17,492 nucleotides of DNA from Candidatus Heimdallarchaeota archaeon. GTDB lineage: Archaea > Asgardarchaeota > Heimdallarchaeia > Heimdallarchaeales > Heimdallarchaeaceae. The number at the start of each line of letters is the position of its first letter. The stretch's first letter is position 1. The notes under the pieces were generated by a model. That model saw only the letters and a program-made list of their open reading frames with translations, did not search any database and had not been told where the DNA came from. The DNA is taken from the NCBI GenBank assembly GCA_030668825.1, contig DAOVET010000049.1, forward strand, positions 1 to 17,492. Direction: 5' to 3'. Both the position numbers and the translations under genes were made by a program. This document shows positions 16,427 to 17,492 of this stretch, piece by piece.

Positions 16427-16724
16427 TGGGAAGAAAGTTGATAGTTCTTGTAGACTTCGAGACCACCTCCCGCCATGGACTGTGGTCAAGATACAAGAGC
16501 CTAGGAATCCCTCCCTATATTCAATCTATGAAAGGGAAAGAACAAGCGATCCGAAAGCACTCTCTGAGTGTGAACGGGGTAGAAGGATACGTGATTTATC
16601 CATTAGAATAAGTAAGAGCTGGAAACAAGTCATCTTTCAGTTCTTATAATAATTTCTATAAAAGCACCTTAAACTGACTTCAAGATACTAAGAAATCATT
16701 TCCCTTAAAGGCACTTTCTTCCCA
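16427..16724 (+). ncRNA. Unidentified structured RNA candidate (~298 nt); alternatively a MITE
   Basis: 12-bp terminal complementarity TGGGAAGAAAGT (16427-16438) / ACTTTCTTCCCA (16713-16724), several internal hairpins with G-U pairs favouring the + strand, and TTTAAATATA about 20-28 nt upstream. Confidence 0.55.
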
Positions 16725-16758
16725 CTAATTTTATTTAATACTAATTTTTGGTTATCTC

Positions 16759-17193
16759 ATGAAATCAACAATTGATAAATTGAAAAGGGTACACTATCTT
16801 AAGCTTGAGAAAGGTGATGATATACTAGAGAGCATAATTTCCTACTGTAAAGATAACACAGTATCATCGGGCGCAGTTCTTGGAATAGGAGCTGTATATA
16901 ATCCCTCTTTAGGTTATTTTGACTTAGATAAAAAAATCTATCTTCAAAATGATTATGATTTTAATGCGGAGATACTTAATTGCAGTGGTAACATTGCTAA
17001 AAACGCTGAAACTGGGGATTACATGGCACATTTACACATGTTAGTTGGTGATCAAAAAGGAAATACCTTTGGTGGACATCTATTACCTGGTAACAAGATT
17101 ACTGTTACAGGAGAATTTATAATTTTTGAGACAGAAACAACACTTAATAGAGCGCTAGATGATGAGTTTAAATTATTGCTACTCAATATGTGA
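16759..17193 (+). CDS. PPC domain / DUF296 protein
   Basis: LEKGDDIL, GIGAV, EILNCSGNI, HLHM, GGHL. Confidence 0.9.
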   Translation: MKSTIDKLKRVHYLKLEKGDDILESIISYCKDNTVSSGAVLGIGAVYNPSLGYFDLDKKIYLQNDYDFNAEILNCSGNIAKNAETGDYMAHLHMLVGDQKGNTFGGHLLPGNKITVTGEFIIFETETTLNRALDDEFKLLLLNM

Positions 17194-17343
17194 TAATGAC
17201 TCATTATTCTCTTCGTAATTTTTGAATTCCATGAAATTGCTAATTTTTCTTCTTCTCTACCAATTCTTCCATGAGTCAAAAAGATAATCCTCTAACAAAC
17301 TTTTAATAAGGCGAAATGAGTTTATCTTATTAAAAATAACATC

Positions 17344-17492
17344 GTGATTAGAGTGTCAGATATACTTCAGGAAATACTAAAGAGCGGAGCGATATTGGTT
17401 ATTGATCCAACAGTCATTCAGACAAATCCTGATGATTTTTTAGATCATTATGGACATATGGTGGATGCCATATCATTAGTTGCAAAAGGAAG
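17344..17492 (+). CDS. Hypothetical protein, N-terminal part (runs off window end)
   Basis: Open frame from GTG 17344 or 17353: (VIR)VSDILQEILKSGAILVIDPTVIQTNPDDFLDHYGHMVDAISLVAKG. Confidence 0.55.
   Translation, partial: MIRVSDILQEILKSGAILVIDPTVIQTNPDDFLDHYGHMVDAISLVAKG

Noticed and set aside
16426-16611. 61-aa ORF
   Set aside because: No recognisable motif and it coincides with dense RNA secondary structure; probably incidental, though not excluded.
16427-16724. RNase P RNA, SRP RNA or HDV-like ribozyme
   Set aside because: No convincing P4 pairing or GAGGAAAGUCC and ACAGAA motifs, no SRP helix-8 motif, and CCACCTCCCG does not complete an HDV fold by eye. Left unassigned.
2068-17279. Short antisense or overlapping ORFs in the track (e.g. 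2068-2391, 2739-2957, 5091-5291, 6727-6969, 10756-10968, 10948-11259, 11862-12143, 13669-13908, 15133-15387, 17052-17279)
   Set aside because: They overlap well-supported genes or element ends and have no recognisable motifs.

Overview
AT-rich archaeal chromosome segment, most likely from an Asgard archaeon (inferred from a ubiquitin E2, a Rab-like GTPase, a TRAP-beta-like membrane protein, RadA and a PolB1-type polymerase). Housekeeping genes are mptA/folE2 (partial), queE, E2, radA, cobO/btuR, a small GTPase, hbd, polB and a DUF296 protein. The main feature is two diverged, convergently oriented IS607-derived elements, each with a ruined tnpA but an intact, unusually large (642 and 647 aa) TnpB-family gene. 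Each keeps its own TATA box and a conserved 3' omega-RNA scaffold with a covarying hairpin and a terminal pseudoknot. In both proteins the third RuvC catalytic Asp is replaced by His. At the left boundary of each element is the same ACCG motif (candidate TAM) followed directly by the first 7-10 nt of that element's own predicted guide. This suggests either a seed-only self-targeting RNA-guided DNA-binding system or a scar of TnpB-driven break repair. An unidentified ~300-nt structured RNA candidate lies upstream of polB. All calls come from reading motifs by eye; no database searches were run.
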